Positions 22,134-33,806 of a DNA stretch of 64,000 bases are shown here, piece after piece. Below the pieces are notes generated by a model that worked only from the letters and a program-made list of their open reading frames with translations, ran no database searches and was not told where the DNA came from. Position numbers and translations under genes: made by a program. Each line of letters opens with the position of its first letter. Within the stretch, counting starts at the first letter, position 1. The DNA is from Paramoeba atlantica (lineage: Eukaryota > Protista > Discosea): positions 2,985 through 66,984 of the forward strand of contig CDRNVI010000155.1 in NCBI GenBank assembly GCA_977017575.1. The letters are read 5' to 3'.

Positions 22134-23471
22134 TATTTTTTTAACTTTTTTTTTTAATGAAAGAGATTTTTATTCAAATAGATGGTTGGAGAAGGGAATG
22201 GTTGCACATTCGGCAGAGTATCTCACCCAGTGAGAGGAGGAACTGCAGGAAAAGGGGGTAGTACATGGAAAAGAAGAGGGGGGAATGGAAATGTCATTTG
22301 GCGTCTGAGGATGAAGATGCTGGAAGGAAGATGACTTCACCTTGGAGATCGGAAAGAGTTATTTGTTTCTCCTCAGGGGTGTCTCTGTCCCTCCCTGCAT
22401 TAAAGTCTGTTTCGATCAGACGTCTGTCCACATATTCTTTGTGTTTCATGATCCTGGCATGGTGTGCAGGTGAGAGGGTGTCGAGGAGAGGGTCAGAGTG
22501 GATTTTGGTGGGTGTTTGGATCACACAGCGAAAGCGTGGGGTTTTGTGGCTGGACGTGACTTGGACATCAATGCACAGATCCTGGTCACCTTGCCACTCA
22601 CGGATTGTAAGGTCAGGTTGCTTGTTTGACTTCCCAATTGGCCGGTATACTCCCGTCTTGGATTGTTGTTTTTCCTGCCCAGCTGGCAATGTTCTTGAGC
22701 TCATCACGGAGAGCATGGTGTCTTCTTGTGATTCCTCTTCCACGACTGGTGCAATCTGAGAGGTGGAGGGAGGATGCAGCACTGAGTTCTTTTTCACAGA
22801 ATCCACACTTGACAGTCCCAAGTTTGCAGAGAGCCCCAAGGTGTGGGTCAACTATGTCAAGCCTACATCGGTAGGCTGAACGAAAGTCTTCAACATTTAA
22901 GGCTCGATATGGCTTTGGCCCAGAGGTGTCCTTGTCTGGGTAGGCTGTCATCCACAAGTGGGTGGTGGGGCCAACCTCATTCTCACGGATTGCACGGCAG
23001 AGGTTTTCGTCTTGTGTTGGGTCCATGATCTTCTTTTTGATGTCCCGAAGGGCCAGATCAAGTGAGTCAAAGGATTGAAACTCATCTTGTTCGAGGATTG
23101 CTGGTTTCCAGTCAGGAATTTCGGCTCGATCTGGTGGAGTCCACGCCTGCTCGGATCTTGGGTAGAGGTTCTTTGCAGTTTCACGATTTTCTGGGACTGA
23201 GAGATCCCTGAACCCACTCTTGGATTGGAGCTTTCTTGCAGCTTTGGAGAGATGTCCTTTTCTGACCTCTTCAATAATCTGGTCTGCCTTGGTTTTCTTT
23301 GTGGACTTCTGCCTCCTCTTTTGCTTGAGTTTGCTGAGCTCGCCCTCAAGTTTTTTGTGGAGTCTCTCCCACTCAAAATTGCGCACCATGGTGCACCGAG
23401 ATTTCACTTCTTTCATTCCTCGGGTACCCCTCCTAAGGCAGCCAAAGATCCTATTTTTTTAACTTTTTTTT
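22134..23471 (-). mobile_element. 5'-truncated, internally deleted CRE-like (RLE) non-LTR retrotransposon lacking the RT domain
   Basis: 20-bp TSD tatttttttaactttttttt at 22134-22153 and 23452-23471, with AATAAA + A-tract at the 3' end on the minus strand. ORF has the pre-RT motif GHLSKAARKL, then WMTAYP..FRSAYRCRL, a C-x2-C..H..C knuckle, RRHH and a frameshifted PD-x..D endonuclease (QPDLTIR..LCIDV). Confidence 0.85.
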
Positions 23472-23538
23472 GAGAATAAAACCTTTTTTTTTGAAAAAGG
23501 AAGGAAAATTGTTGTTTTTTATTTATTTTCGGGCTGTC

Positions 23539-26500
23539 CTACCGATCCCATCTTGCCATCAATTGAGAGACAGCAGGGTGAGAGGGATCATCTTGCCAAA
23601 GAGGGAAAGAGTTACAATGCCCATTACGATTTGGAATATCGGAAGGACGATAGCGATGTTGTCTGATGAAAGAAAAACTTAGTAAAAAAATTCAAGAAAA
23701 AGAAAAAAAGAAAAAATAAAAGAAAAATAAAAATTCAAATGAAAAGAAAAACCCGTCCAACTCATCAAGCAAATCTTCATACTCAGTCTCCTTCAACCGC
23801 TCCCGAATCACCGGACCATGATGTGGTCCAGCAAGCCAAGGACCACCACCATAAACAACTTCTTCTCCACTTTCAAGATCCTTTCCACCTAACATGACAG
23901 CCAATTTTCCCAAACGTTGAGGAATGAGTTCAAAAGTCTCAGATGGCATAATTTGAGAAACCAATCCCACGTTCACTCCCATCACAAATTGGTCCACTGA
24001 CTCTAAGTTGTGCAACAGGAAAGTGGCATGCTCTTCGCTTTGTTGTGTTGCCAATTGATTGTTCCATTTTTCTTTTCGTTTTCCATTCAACAATCCGTGG
24101 ATGTATTGGTAGAGCCGTTCACCTTCCTCAGGATTATCTGGGCGTAAGATTGCTATTTTTTTATCAATCAAGTCTCGGAAACGATCATTTGTTGGCACGA
24201 ATGCAGCTTGCAAAGATTGCCAATCTTCGTATTCTTTCTGTGTCATGTTCTCCAATCCAACAGCTCTTGTTTGAGTGATAAAATATTCCACTGTTTTATA
24301 GACTTTGACTTCCTTCTTCATCTCTTTTGTCATGTCAGCTCTTTCATTTTGGGAAAGGGCTCAAAGTCAGAAAACTTGACAGGAACAAAGTCACCATTTT
24401 CTTTCAACTCTGGGGGAGAATCAACGGTGAGAGGGGCAGATTGAGGGTGATCTCCAGCCACCATACGACGAACCAAGGAAGCATAGGCATCAGGACTGGC
24501 ATGTTGAATGGAAGCCTCTCTTGCGAGCTGTCTTCGATAAATCTCAGCAATCAAAATGGGTCCAAAGCCTTCTCCAAGAGTCTCGATTGGTTTTTGAGCA
24601 GCAAGAATGGCTCCATACAAAATATCAAGGGTTGGGAGTTCAGATTTTTTGTGAGAGGAAACATCACAAAATTTCTCCAAAATTGTCATTGGACGGAGTT
24701 CCTCTGGGACTCTGAGGGTCTCCAAAAGTTTGGTATCAAACATAATTTCAGTACAAACTTTCCGAAACTCTTCCACAATCATTCGAGAATGATCACTTTT
24801 AGCTTGTCTATGCAGACGAGCCAACACAGCAAAGAGAGCAGGGATTTGTGGTGGAGCATAAGCAGTTGGAGAAAGAGCAAAAAAGTGACCACAGAGAACA
24901 GGAAGCAAGAGACGGATACGAGCATAGTGGAACGGAGTACAATACAAAGGAAGTCCAGCATTAATAACTTCTGCATTAATTCCTGTCAAAAGTTTCGAGA
25001 CTGTTGAGAAATCGAATGTTCCGGTGGCTTCCTTGTTTCCTCTTCCAATCTGAAACTGGGCAGCTTGCTCTAAGGTAGTCCAAGATACCATTGTATTTCC
25101 AAGGGTCACTCGCAGCGCGGTAGGTTGGTCAACTGTAATTTCGGCACGTTCAATCATTAACCCAAACATCAAAATGTTTGTCTTGGAACCAGTTAAGATC
25201 TCAGGGAGAGTATCTTCATAAATATCATCTCTCAAGTCACTCATCTCAATCAATTCCTCTCTACCAGCAGGGGCAGCGCCATCTTGAGCTTCTTCTTCTC
25301 CTCCACTTTTACTTGGTGTAACAGGAGGCACAGACATAAATTGATGCTCAAGATCGCTTAACTCTTTTTCAGTAACGTCAGGAAGAGCTCCCAATTTCTT
25401 CTCAATACTTCCCATCAATCCTCGATTGGTAAGTGTTCTCTTATCCAGGTTCTTTTCTCTTCGAGACTTTTTCATCCTCCCCTTAAAGGCCATCGCTTTG
25501 AAGCGAGCAACTAATTCAGACTGATTACAAAGTTTCTTATCAACCTTCATGGCCACCAAATTCCTCATCTCGTGATCTCTCTTTGAATTTCCAACTATTG
25601 ATGTCCGACTTCCTTTCTCCTATCTTTTGGCGCACGCTTTCTAATTAACTCAAGTCGTTCCTCCAACTCGATAAGTCTCTCTGACCCATTCGGAGAATAC
25701 AAATCTCTCTGCAAAATAGCGAGATGGTAATCAGTCCCAACCACACCCTTCAAAATATTCGGAATTTCTTTCATTTCAGTCAAAGAAGAATTCAATTGGA
25801 GAGAAATTTTCTTTGGAGCTTGAGAAACCCACATCTCACCAGACATGGTAACTTCATCACTACCACCGCTCTCGTCATCAAGATAAAAGGTCACAAAACG
25901 TTCCGGACTATCATCGACAAGAACAGGGAGCTCCACAGCCTTCCCAGCAAAGGTTAAAAGTTGTTTTGCTTCAGTGATAATTTGATCGTCATCTTGCTTT
26001 CCAGGACGAGAAGAAGCGAAAACATAGACTCCTTCACCTGTTCCAGAAGTCCGAATCTCTCGACTCGAGATTGTCCGCCAAGCCCAAAACTGTGGCTCTG
26101 TGGAGAGAGAGAGAGAGATTAGAATTTAGGAGGAGGAACCAAAAAAAAAATGGTAATAAAAATCAAAAAAATAAATGAATAAATAAAAATGAATACTTTT
26201 TAAATTGAAGAATAGTAGCTCTCAAATCATGAAGAGAAACACCATGTCCTTTCGGAGCGAAAGGAGCATCAGAAGGAGCTCCGTCAGTCATGAAAACAAA
26301 ATCAATCGAATCTCCCCCTCTCCTCTCAATTCCTTCTCTCTCTCCTCCTTCTCTCTTTCCTTTTAATTGGGAAGAAGAAGAAAGAGATTTGAGGTATGAG
26401 TTCATGCAGTGGAAAGCGAGACGAAAGTTTGTGATTCCGTTTTGCCATTTTGAGGTGAGTTCTTTGCCTTGAAAAAACAAATGAAATTAGAAAATAAGAA

Positions 26501-26870
26501 GGAGAAGAAAAGAAGAGAGAAAAGAAAAAGAAAAAGAAAAAGAAAAGAAAGAAGAAAGAAGAAAAAGAAAAGAAAAAGATAAAGATAAAGATACTGAGTC
26601 GAGGGTTTGTTCCTGGCAAGAACTGAGCGGAAGTCGAATAATTAATAATTTTAAATTCCAATCCCTTTGAAAAAAGAAAATGAGTAAAATAGAAATTAAA
26701 CATAAAAATAAATAATAAAATAAGAAATAAAAATAAGAAATAAATCATAATGGAAAAAAAGAAGAAAAGAAAACCTCTTCTTCCAAACTTGCAACAGCTT
26801 TCAAGATTTGGTTTTTTGGAGTTCCAGACATTGATCCGGATGTATCACATCCAAAAATCACTTCCTTTCT
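23539..26870 (-). pseudogene. vWA-domain protein (MIDAS DTSGSM, FMTDG) with two apparent frameshifts (about 25600 and 24330)
   Basis: Exons EVIFGCDTSGSMSGT, FKIINYST, TNFRLAF, FVFMTDG. Long ORFs 25595-25936, 24330-25568 and 23692-24333 lie in shifted frames. Last exon QHRYRPSDIPNRNGHCNSFP..WDR* ends at 23539. The frameshifts could be assembly errors. Confidence 0.7.
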
Positions 26871-26984
26871 GAGAAGAGAAAGAGAGGGAAAGAAAGAGTG
26901 AGAAAGAAAAGAGAGAAAAGGAAAAGAGGAAAAGCAAAAAGGGAAAAGAGAAGACAAAAAAAAACAAAGGAAAGAAGAGAAGAA

Positions 26985-28025
26985 GAATAAGAGAAGAAAG
27001 AGAAAAGGAAGAAGAGAAAAACCTCAATTTGAGCAGAAGGGTAAGGAGATCTCATTGGGAGATGCCATTCTCTCTCAACCAAAGGATCATTTGGCAACGA
27101 ACCACAAACAAAACCAAAGAGAAAGAAAAAGAACAAGAGAAAGAAGGAGAAGACAATCCGTGGCCCCATTTTCCAAAACCTTTTTTTTTGTTTTGTTTTT
27201 GAAGAAAGAAAGAAGAAGAAAGAAAGGGTTTTTGAGCAAAAGAAAAAAAATCCTTTCTTTTCTCCCTGTCCTCTCTCTTTTCGATCTCTCTCTTTTTCTC
27301 TTCTTTTCTCGCGAAAAGAAGGAAAAGAAGAGAGTTGGGCGTTTTTTTGGTCCATACCATCACATCTTTTCATTGAGAAAAGGTCCATACCCACCAATTT
27401 TTTTTTGGGGAAAAGAGAAAAATTTTGGTGATTCTTTGAAAAGAATTTTATTGAAAGATTTTTGTACAACTGTCATAAGAGTCCGACTCATGCGTCCATT
27501 TCTGTTCCAGTTCGAGGAGATCGAGAATTTGTGTGACTGGTTTTGACTGATCGAACATTCTCAGTTGTATTCTCGTCTGCGTGAAAGAGAGCAACTATTA
27601 TAATCTTTTGGCAAGGCAAGAGCGGTGAAAGAAGGAAGGACACACAAAAAAAAGATTCCAGAATAAAAACCAATTGTTTGGAACTTGGAGTTCAAGAATT
27701 TTTTTCTCTTTTCCATCAATGAGACTAAAAAAAGCTGGTCGGGATTTTTTTTGTTTATTTTAAGTGAGCGTCTGGTTTTTTTTTTTTTTTCGCGTGTTTT
27801 CTGAAGGAGGCGCTGCCCCTGAAAAGCAAAAGATCAAAACTGGTCCTCTGATGAATAAGAAAAGACCAGATGAAATCGAAGACTTCGATTGCAGAGTCGG
27901 TCTTCTCCTCTTAAAAGTCTTTTTTTTGTGACCTTGAGGTTTCATGAAGCTTCCTCATCATCGAATTAATTTTCCTCGGATCTCATTTTCTTCGTTGGGT
28001 TTTTGTGTTGTTTGACCAAAATGTT
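26985..28025. repeat. internally deleted segmental duplication of about 18700-22040
   Basis: 26985-27595 matches about 18700-19320 (pseudo-furin exon 1 + GPCR 3' end). 27605-27975 matches about 21407-21790. Short pieces match 21958-21985 and 22021-22038. The GPCR CDS is deleted in this copy. Confidence 0.9.
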
Positions 28026-28174
28026 AAAAGAGCCAAAAATACCAAAAAAATAGGACCGAAATAGGGAATTCTTGGGATATTTTTCGGGATGAAAAAGAGT
28101 TGCGGTGAAGATATTTTTCGGTCCAAAAATTCCATTGTTTTTTTTTCCGTTTTGCTTGCTTTTGGTGTGTTGGA

Positions 28175-28890
28175 ATGGGGGTGAACAGCAGCGGTCTTCT
28201 TGGACTTGTCTTTCTGTTTTTGTGTTCAACTGTTGCGGAAGAGGAACAAAAATTGGTCTCCTTTTCAAAATTCCCCTTTTCTTTTTTTTTTCTTTTCAAT
28301 TTGATTTTTTTGTTGCAAAAAGCTCTGGGAGATTTGTATCACAACACGAATGGACCGGATTGGGTGGCCAACGATGGATGGATGAGTGGTGATCCATGTC
28401 TTAATTCTTGGTTTGGGATCGAATGTACTGATGATGATACAATTCTTGCCATGTACTTTCAAAAAAAAATCTATTTTATTTCTTGTTTGATTTGAAAGAA
28501 CACTCACAAATTCTTTCACACAACAGAGAGTTACCTGAAAACAATCTTCAAGGAACTTTCTCGTCATCAATTGGTCTCTTCTCAGCTCTTGAACAATTGT
28601 TTGTATTCTTCTCTTCTTTCAAAATGCTCTCTTGTGTTTGAAATTAACACGAGTTTGTTTTCAGAGACCTCAAGGGAAATACAATTGCAGGTGAAATTCC
28701 GACCAACATTGTGCAGCTCTCTTCTCTTCTTTGAACTGTTTGTCTTTCTTCTTTTTCACCTCTCAAAAGTAGAAAAGAGAAAAAAACTCACCTCTTCCTT
28801 CTTTTTCATTTGACTCAGAAAATTGAATACAAACTCCTTGATCGGGACCATTCCCACTGAGCTTGGATTGTTTGAGCGACTTGAGGAACT
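28175..28890 (+). pseudogene. secreted/receptor-type LRR protein, 5' part only
   Basis: Signal peptide, LRRNT (ALGDLYHNTNGPDW..GW..GDPC..WFGIEC), and plant-type LRR exons (ELPENNLQGTFSSSIG, DLKGNTIAGEIPTNI, LNTNSLIGTIPTELG). There is a +1 T at about 28730 and no further LRR exons after 28890. Confidence 0.8.
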
Positions 28891-28932
28891 GTAATAGTCT
28901 TTTTTTTTTTTTCAAATTTCTTTTTTTGATTT

Positions 28933-31515
28933 TTGATCTCTTTTTTCTTGAAAAATGACGTGAACAAAAAAATTCTCTTGATTTTCTCTGCAGATGGAGG
29001 AGGGTTTAATAAAAAGGATGGTGGAATTGAATTGACGTTCAGTCGAGGGGACAAGGATTGGGAGAGAGGGAACCGTTATATGAAACCAATTGTCAATTTT
29101 CTGACTGAGAAATGTGGATCTCTGGAAAAAGAGATGCGGAAGATTTACGAAATGTTTGACAAGGTTTTTTTTGAATTTTTTATCTTTTTAATTTTTTATC
29201 TTTTTATCTATTTGTATTTCTTTTTCTGGTTTATTTTTTTTTAAAGTTTTTTTTTTGGTTTTGATGATTTTTAAATTTTTTCTTCTTTTTTTTTTTTTTG
29301 AAACAACCATTTTAAATTTGAAGTTAAAATTCAAACTTTGTGAAAAAAAAACTCTTTCTCTTCCTCTCTTTTCCCACAGAAAAAAATTCAATGTTCGGAT
29401 GGCGTGGAACGGTGCATTGACTTTACTGAGAGTCACATGACATGGTGATGTCATGCATTCTCTTTGGTCATGGCTGTAAATTTTTTAAAAAAAGATCAGT
29501 TGGGTCATCATAAATGTTTCCGATGTACTATCACCAGTGCACATCAAGATTGGGATGATCGTACGAAGGTTATTTTGTTTTGAATATATTCAAACACATT
29601 CATATAATTTTAAACAAACATTTAATTAATTTTATGTTTTGCATATTTGTTAAAAAAATAGCACCATTTTAACGGGTCAATCAATGGGGATGAAACATCT
29701 CTCAATATATTTCGTTCCTTTATCGAGAAAGATGAAGATGAGTTTGCCTTTACTGAGCAGAATTTTACGAATAGCCAAAATTGGTGGACTCTCCAGGAGA
29801 AAAAAGAAGGATTTGCTCGAGTGAAGAAACTCAAAGATGAGGGGAAACCCAAAGCCACGATAAAGCAAGCAAAAATTGATACAGGAATGAGACACCTTCC
29901 AATGACCCCTTCAGAACCATGGAACCACAATTTGGAAGTAATCCACTTTCTTGTTGGGATCACATCGGGGGTGGTAAAACTTTTTCTGCGATGTGGACTC
30001 CAGGTATTTTTTTTTTAATAGATGTTGAAAAAAATGTAGATGGTTTTTTAATTTCTTTTTCAATTTTTTTATTTTCTTTTTTGATTTAATTTTATTTTCT
30101 TTTTTTGAGGATATACCCAAAATAATTTTTTTTTTATTTTATCACCTCAGAGGATCTCAAATTTGATTGTGCTATCGGGGATGCGTTTAAACGTGCTGCA
30201 GATGTTCCAATTGCACCATTATAACGTGAAAGCAACAACACAGAAACCTCTTTGGAAGAGAATCAAAGCTTGCAAACTCAATCGGGTCCAATGGATCAAA
30301 ATTTTAAGAAGCTTTTTTCGGCAAAAAGGTTTTTTTGTTTTTTTTTTTTACTTCCCCCCCCCCCAACCATCCATCTGTTTATTGTTCTCCCACTCTCTTT
30401 CAAAAAAAGAGGGGGGGGAGGTAGGACTTCTTTTCTATTCTATAAATTTTAGTTCCTTCCTCCTCCTGAACAACAATCAAAAAGGGAAACAAGAACAAAA
30501 AAATTTTGACCAACTAGTTTCTATGGCCAAAGAAGAATGTCCCAATACATCTTGCAATGAAATGGGAGTACTTCATGATGACGAAAAACCTCTAAGGACT
30601 CAGAACTGTTCTCTAAGTATTTTTTTCTTTGTCTCTTTTTTCTTAAGCTTTTTATTTTTTAAAATTTTTTCATAATACAACCCTAAACCTTTCAGGTTTG
30701 GATGGAGGAATTGTTGATCTTTTGCTCTCTCGGCCTGGATCAAATGGTCTTTCTAATGAAACACAGAAGGCACAGTATGATTTTCTATGCCTCACATACG
30801 ATATTCTCCGTTACTCTGCACTTCCCTGTAAACTACCAGATGAAGAGGTTAATTACGTCCGAAAATGTACTCTCCAGTGGGGAAGGTTATTCAACAAATC
30901 TGGGTTCAACAAAAGTTCTTGGACATTTTATTTTCATGTCCTCCATGACCACTTGCATTGGGAATTATTCCGGTTTTTTTTTTTCAAGAACTTTTTTATT
31001 CTCTCATTTTTATTCTCTCATTTTTTATTCTCTCATTTTTATTCTCTCATTTTTTTATTCTCTAATTTTTTTTTTGTCTCTTCCTCCACACAATTCCCAC
31101 AAAAACACAAACGTCACACAATTGGTTGACACCACCATCAACCCCACCAACCAAACATCTATTTTTCTCTTCTCTTTCTCTCTTTTCTTTCTCTGCTCAC
31201 CCCCCCCCCCTCCCCAGACTCACCCCTCTCTTCTTTTTTTTTATTTTAGATATCCACTCCCAAGACGAGGATCATGGGTAGTTGAGACGTTTTTCAAGCT
31301 CACAAAACGATATTGTTCTTCAGCACAACCTTTTGGAAACCCACCACGAAATCAAACCAAGGAGTCAATAGCATCATTCCGGACTCTATCACATCTCAAC
31401 CTTACGGGTGTTGTAAAACGCAGAGTTGGAAATGCAGAACTTTCAGCTCTGGAATGGAAAAGTCAAAAAAAAGGGGGTGGATTTGTTAGAGGTTTTTGTT
31501 TATTATTATTTTGAA
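28933..31515 (+). pseudogene. intron-containing RAG1/Transib-like DDE transposase relic
   Basis: Motifs in RAG1-core order: KILLIFSADGGG (cf. VKESCDGMG), YMKPIVNF (cf. CKPLCL), frameshifted SHDMVM..LFG followed by HKCFRC, NLEVIHFLVGI (cf. IDALHCDIG), WTFYFHVLHDHL (cf. TNYFHKTLAH), and GSWVVETFFK (cf. SEGNESGNK). Confidence 0.7.
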
Positions 31516-32279
31516 AAGTTAGTAACTTTGTTTTTTGGAAGAAAGATATTCTCAGTGTTCTCAGTTCTCTCAGTTCTCTCAGTTCTCAGTAGAAAATTAA
31601 TTTTATTATTTTCTCTTTTTCTTTTATTGTTTCCTTTTCTTTATTTTTAATTTTTTGATTATCTTTTTTTCAAAAGTGTGGTTTTGTGAGTGTTTTTTTA
31701 ACTCTTCTCTTGCCACATTCACACTCATATATTTTTTTTCACAACAAAAAAGGTCAGGTTCTTTCTGCTGGAACTCCACAAACTGAAACCCTTCCACCAC
31801 GAACTGATTTCGATTTCTTTGACCCACAGGGTCACTTACCAACATCGTCCATCCCAAAGGCACCTCCTCGGGCTTATGATCCTTTTCTTTCCAAAAAAAG
31901 GATTGCTTCAAACACCACCACACCACAAAAAGGAGGCTCTTCTTCTGCATCATCAGGCTCTTCTTCTTCCTCTTCCCCTCCATTCTTATTTCAGGACTGG
32001 CCTGCTTTGTTTAGTAAGAAAAGAAAAGGTATCCTTTTTTTTTCAAAAATTTCTTTTTCAGAACTAATAATTGCTTTTTTTTTCTTCTTCTTTTTTTTTT
32101 TTCTTACTCCTCTTTTCTTTCTTCTCCTTCAACTTGTTTCACTCTCCAAGTCTCCCACACTTTTTACATACTCTGATTTTTATTCCTTCTCTCCAAAATA
32201 GGCCGGACCCACCAAGCAACAAAAAGAGAGAAACCTCAGAGAAAAAAGACTCTTTTTCTTCCATTGGGTGATGATGACA

Positions 32280-33177
32280 AAGTGAAACGAAGGGGAAGAT
32301 GACAACATCCCCACCAGCAGGACAACTCCAACCCCAACCCCACCCCAGCAGTGGTGGGAGTGACATTTCTGCCATTGAGACTTCCCTTATTGACAAACAA
32401 AAAGCACTTCAAATTCTTTCACGAAGTGAGTGGATCAACGATATGACATCATAAATTTTTATTGTCAACATACGATTGGCTCCGAAAACTTTGTTTGTTT
32501 TTTTTTTTTCCTTTCTGTTTCTCCTTTTTTTTTTTTGATACTCCGACAAGAAACTTTATTCATCTTTTTTCTCCTCTTTCTAGAATGTAGACGATCTTTG
32601 CTACTGCTATTCCTCACTACTTCTCACATGTCTTGAATCCAAAACAAAAGCTCCTGAACAGCGAGCATGGAAACCAGAATAAATGGCTCAATATTATATC
32701 CTCCCCTACAACATTCCAAATTGTCATTGGGCTCTTTATATTCTTTCCCATTCTGAAAAGAAATTGTGGTACTTGGATTCATACCAAACCAGTTTTTCTG
32801 TGAAGCAAAACGTTGTTTCTTGTATCGAGAGGTACTTTTCGGTTGTGAGCTTGTTAGAAGTCATCACACCCAAAGTTCCCCAGCAACAAGACGCTGTCAA
32901 TCGTGGGATTTTTTTGTTGAGTTTTGTGGAGAAGTTCCTGCAGTGTGAGGACAAGCAGTGTTATTGGGAGAGTATTGAAAATGAAGTAATTGATCCCAGT
33001 CAAAAACGAAAAGAAATCCATTCTCTCATCCTCCAGAAATCTCTCACCATTCCAAGAGATATCTCTTCTTCCACCACCGATGATGACGAAAGAGAGGGGG
33101 GAAGAGAGAAGTTGGGTGGGTCATTTGATATCTCGATTGGTTTTTGGTGGTCTGGTGTGTCAAAACCTTCCTTGTGA
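32280..33177 (+). pseudogene. Ulp1/SENP (C48) protease relic
   Basis: EWIND-(2-nt insertion)-DIINFY, PYNIPNCHWAL, YLDS, PQQQDAVNRG. The catalytic Cys position reads CGT (Arg), and there is an in-frame TAA before 32683. Confidence 0.85.
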
Positions 33178-33806
33178 TAATAATAATCCTTTCACAAGAT
33201 CCTTCTTATTTTTCATAAATTTTTCTTGTTGTTCCCCAAACACAATTCTTTTTATTTTTCTGCCCTCAAGAATCAAATTTGACCTCTTCAGTCCATTTTC
33301 TTCACAAACTGGAACAACTTAATTTCCAGCCAGAATTTGATTCCTATTCCAACCCTCCACTCAAAAATGAGAGAAAATATCCCCTCTTCCTAAGATAGGG
33401 TCTTTTGCTCCCTTTCCCTTTTGATTCTCAGAAAATACGGTTGAAAAAAATCTCGGGTTCGTGACTTTGTTGTTGGAAAAAACAGTGCCAAAAGAGGAGA
33501 ATGCTTCTGTTCTGAAAAAGACCGTGAGAAGAAAAGAGAGAGTTCCCAAGAAGGAGTCGACTTTTTCCGCGGAAGGGATGATCGAATTGTGCTGATCGAA
33601 TATATTTGTGCTTTACTTTATTTAGATAATGAATTCTTTATTTAGATATTGATCAAATTCGGCGAATATCGCTGGGCGTCCCAGTTTTTTCATGGTCGGG
33701 ACTTAACCATCCTAAAATTAAATGAAAGTCGGATTTTGAATGCAAAGCGTCCCTCGGACGTTTTGCTTTTGGATTAATTTTTTGCGAAGATATTTTGTCC
33801 AGGAAA

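Noticed and set aside
24320-25620. Programmed frameshifting or bacterial-style ATGA translational coupling in the vWA gene
   Set aside because: No clear slippery heptamer plus structure, and the pieces look like one eukaryotic protein. Mutation or assembly error is simpler.
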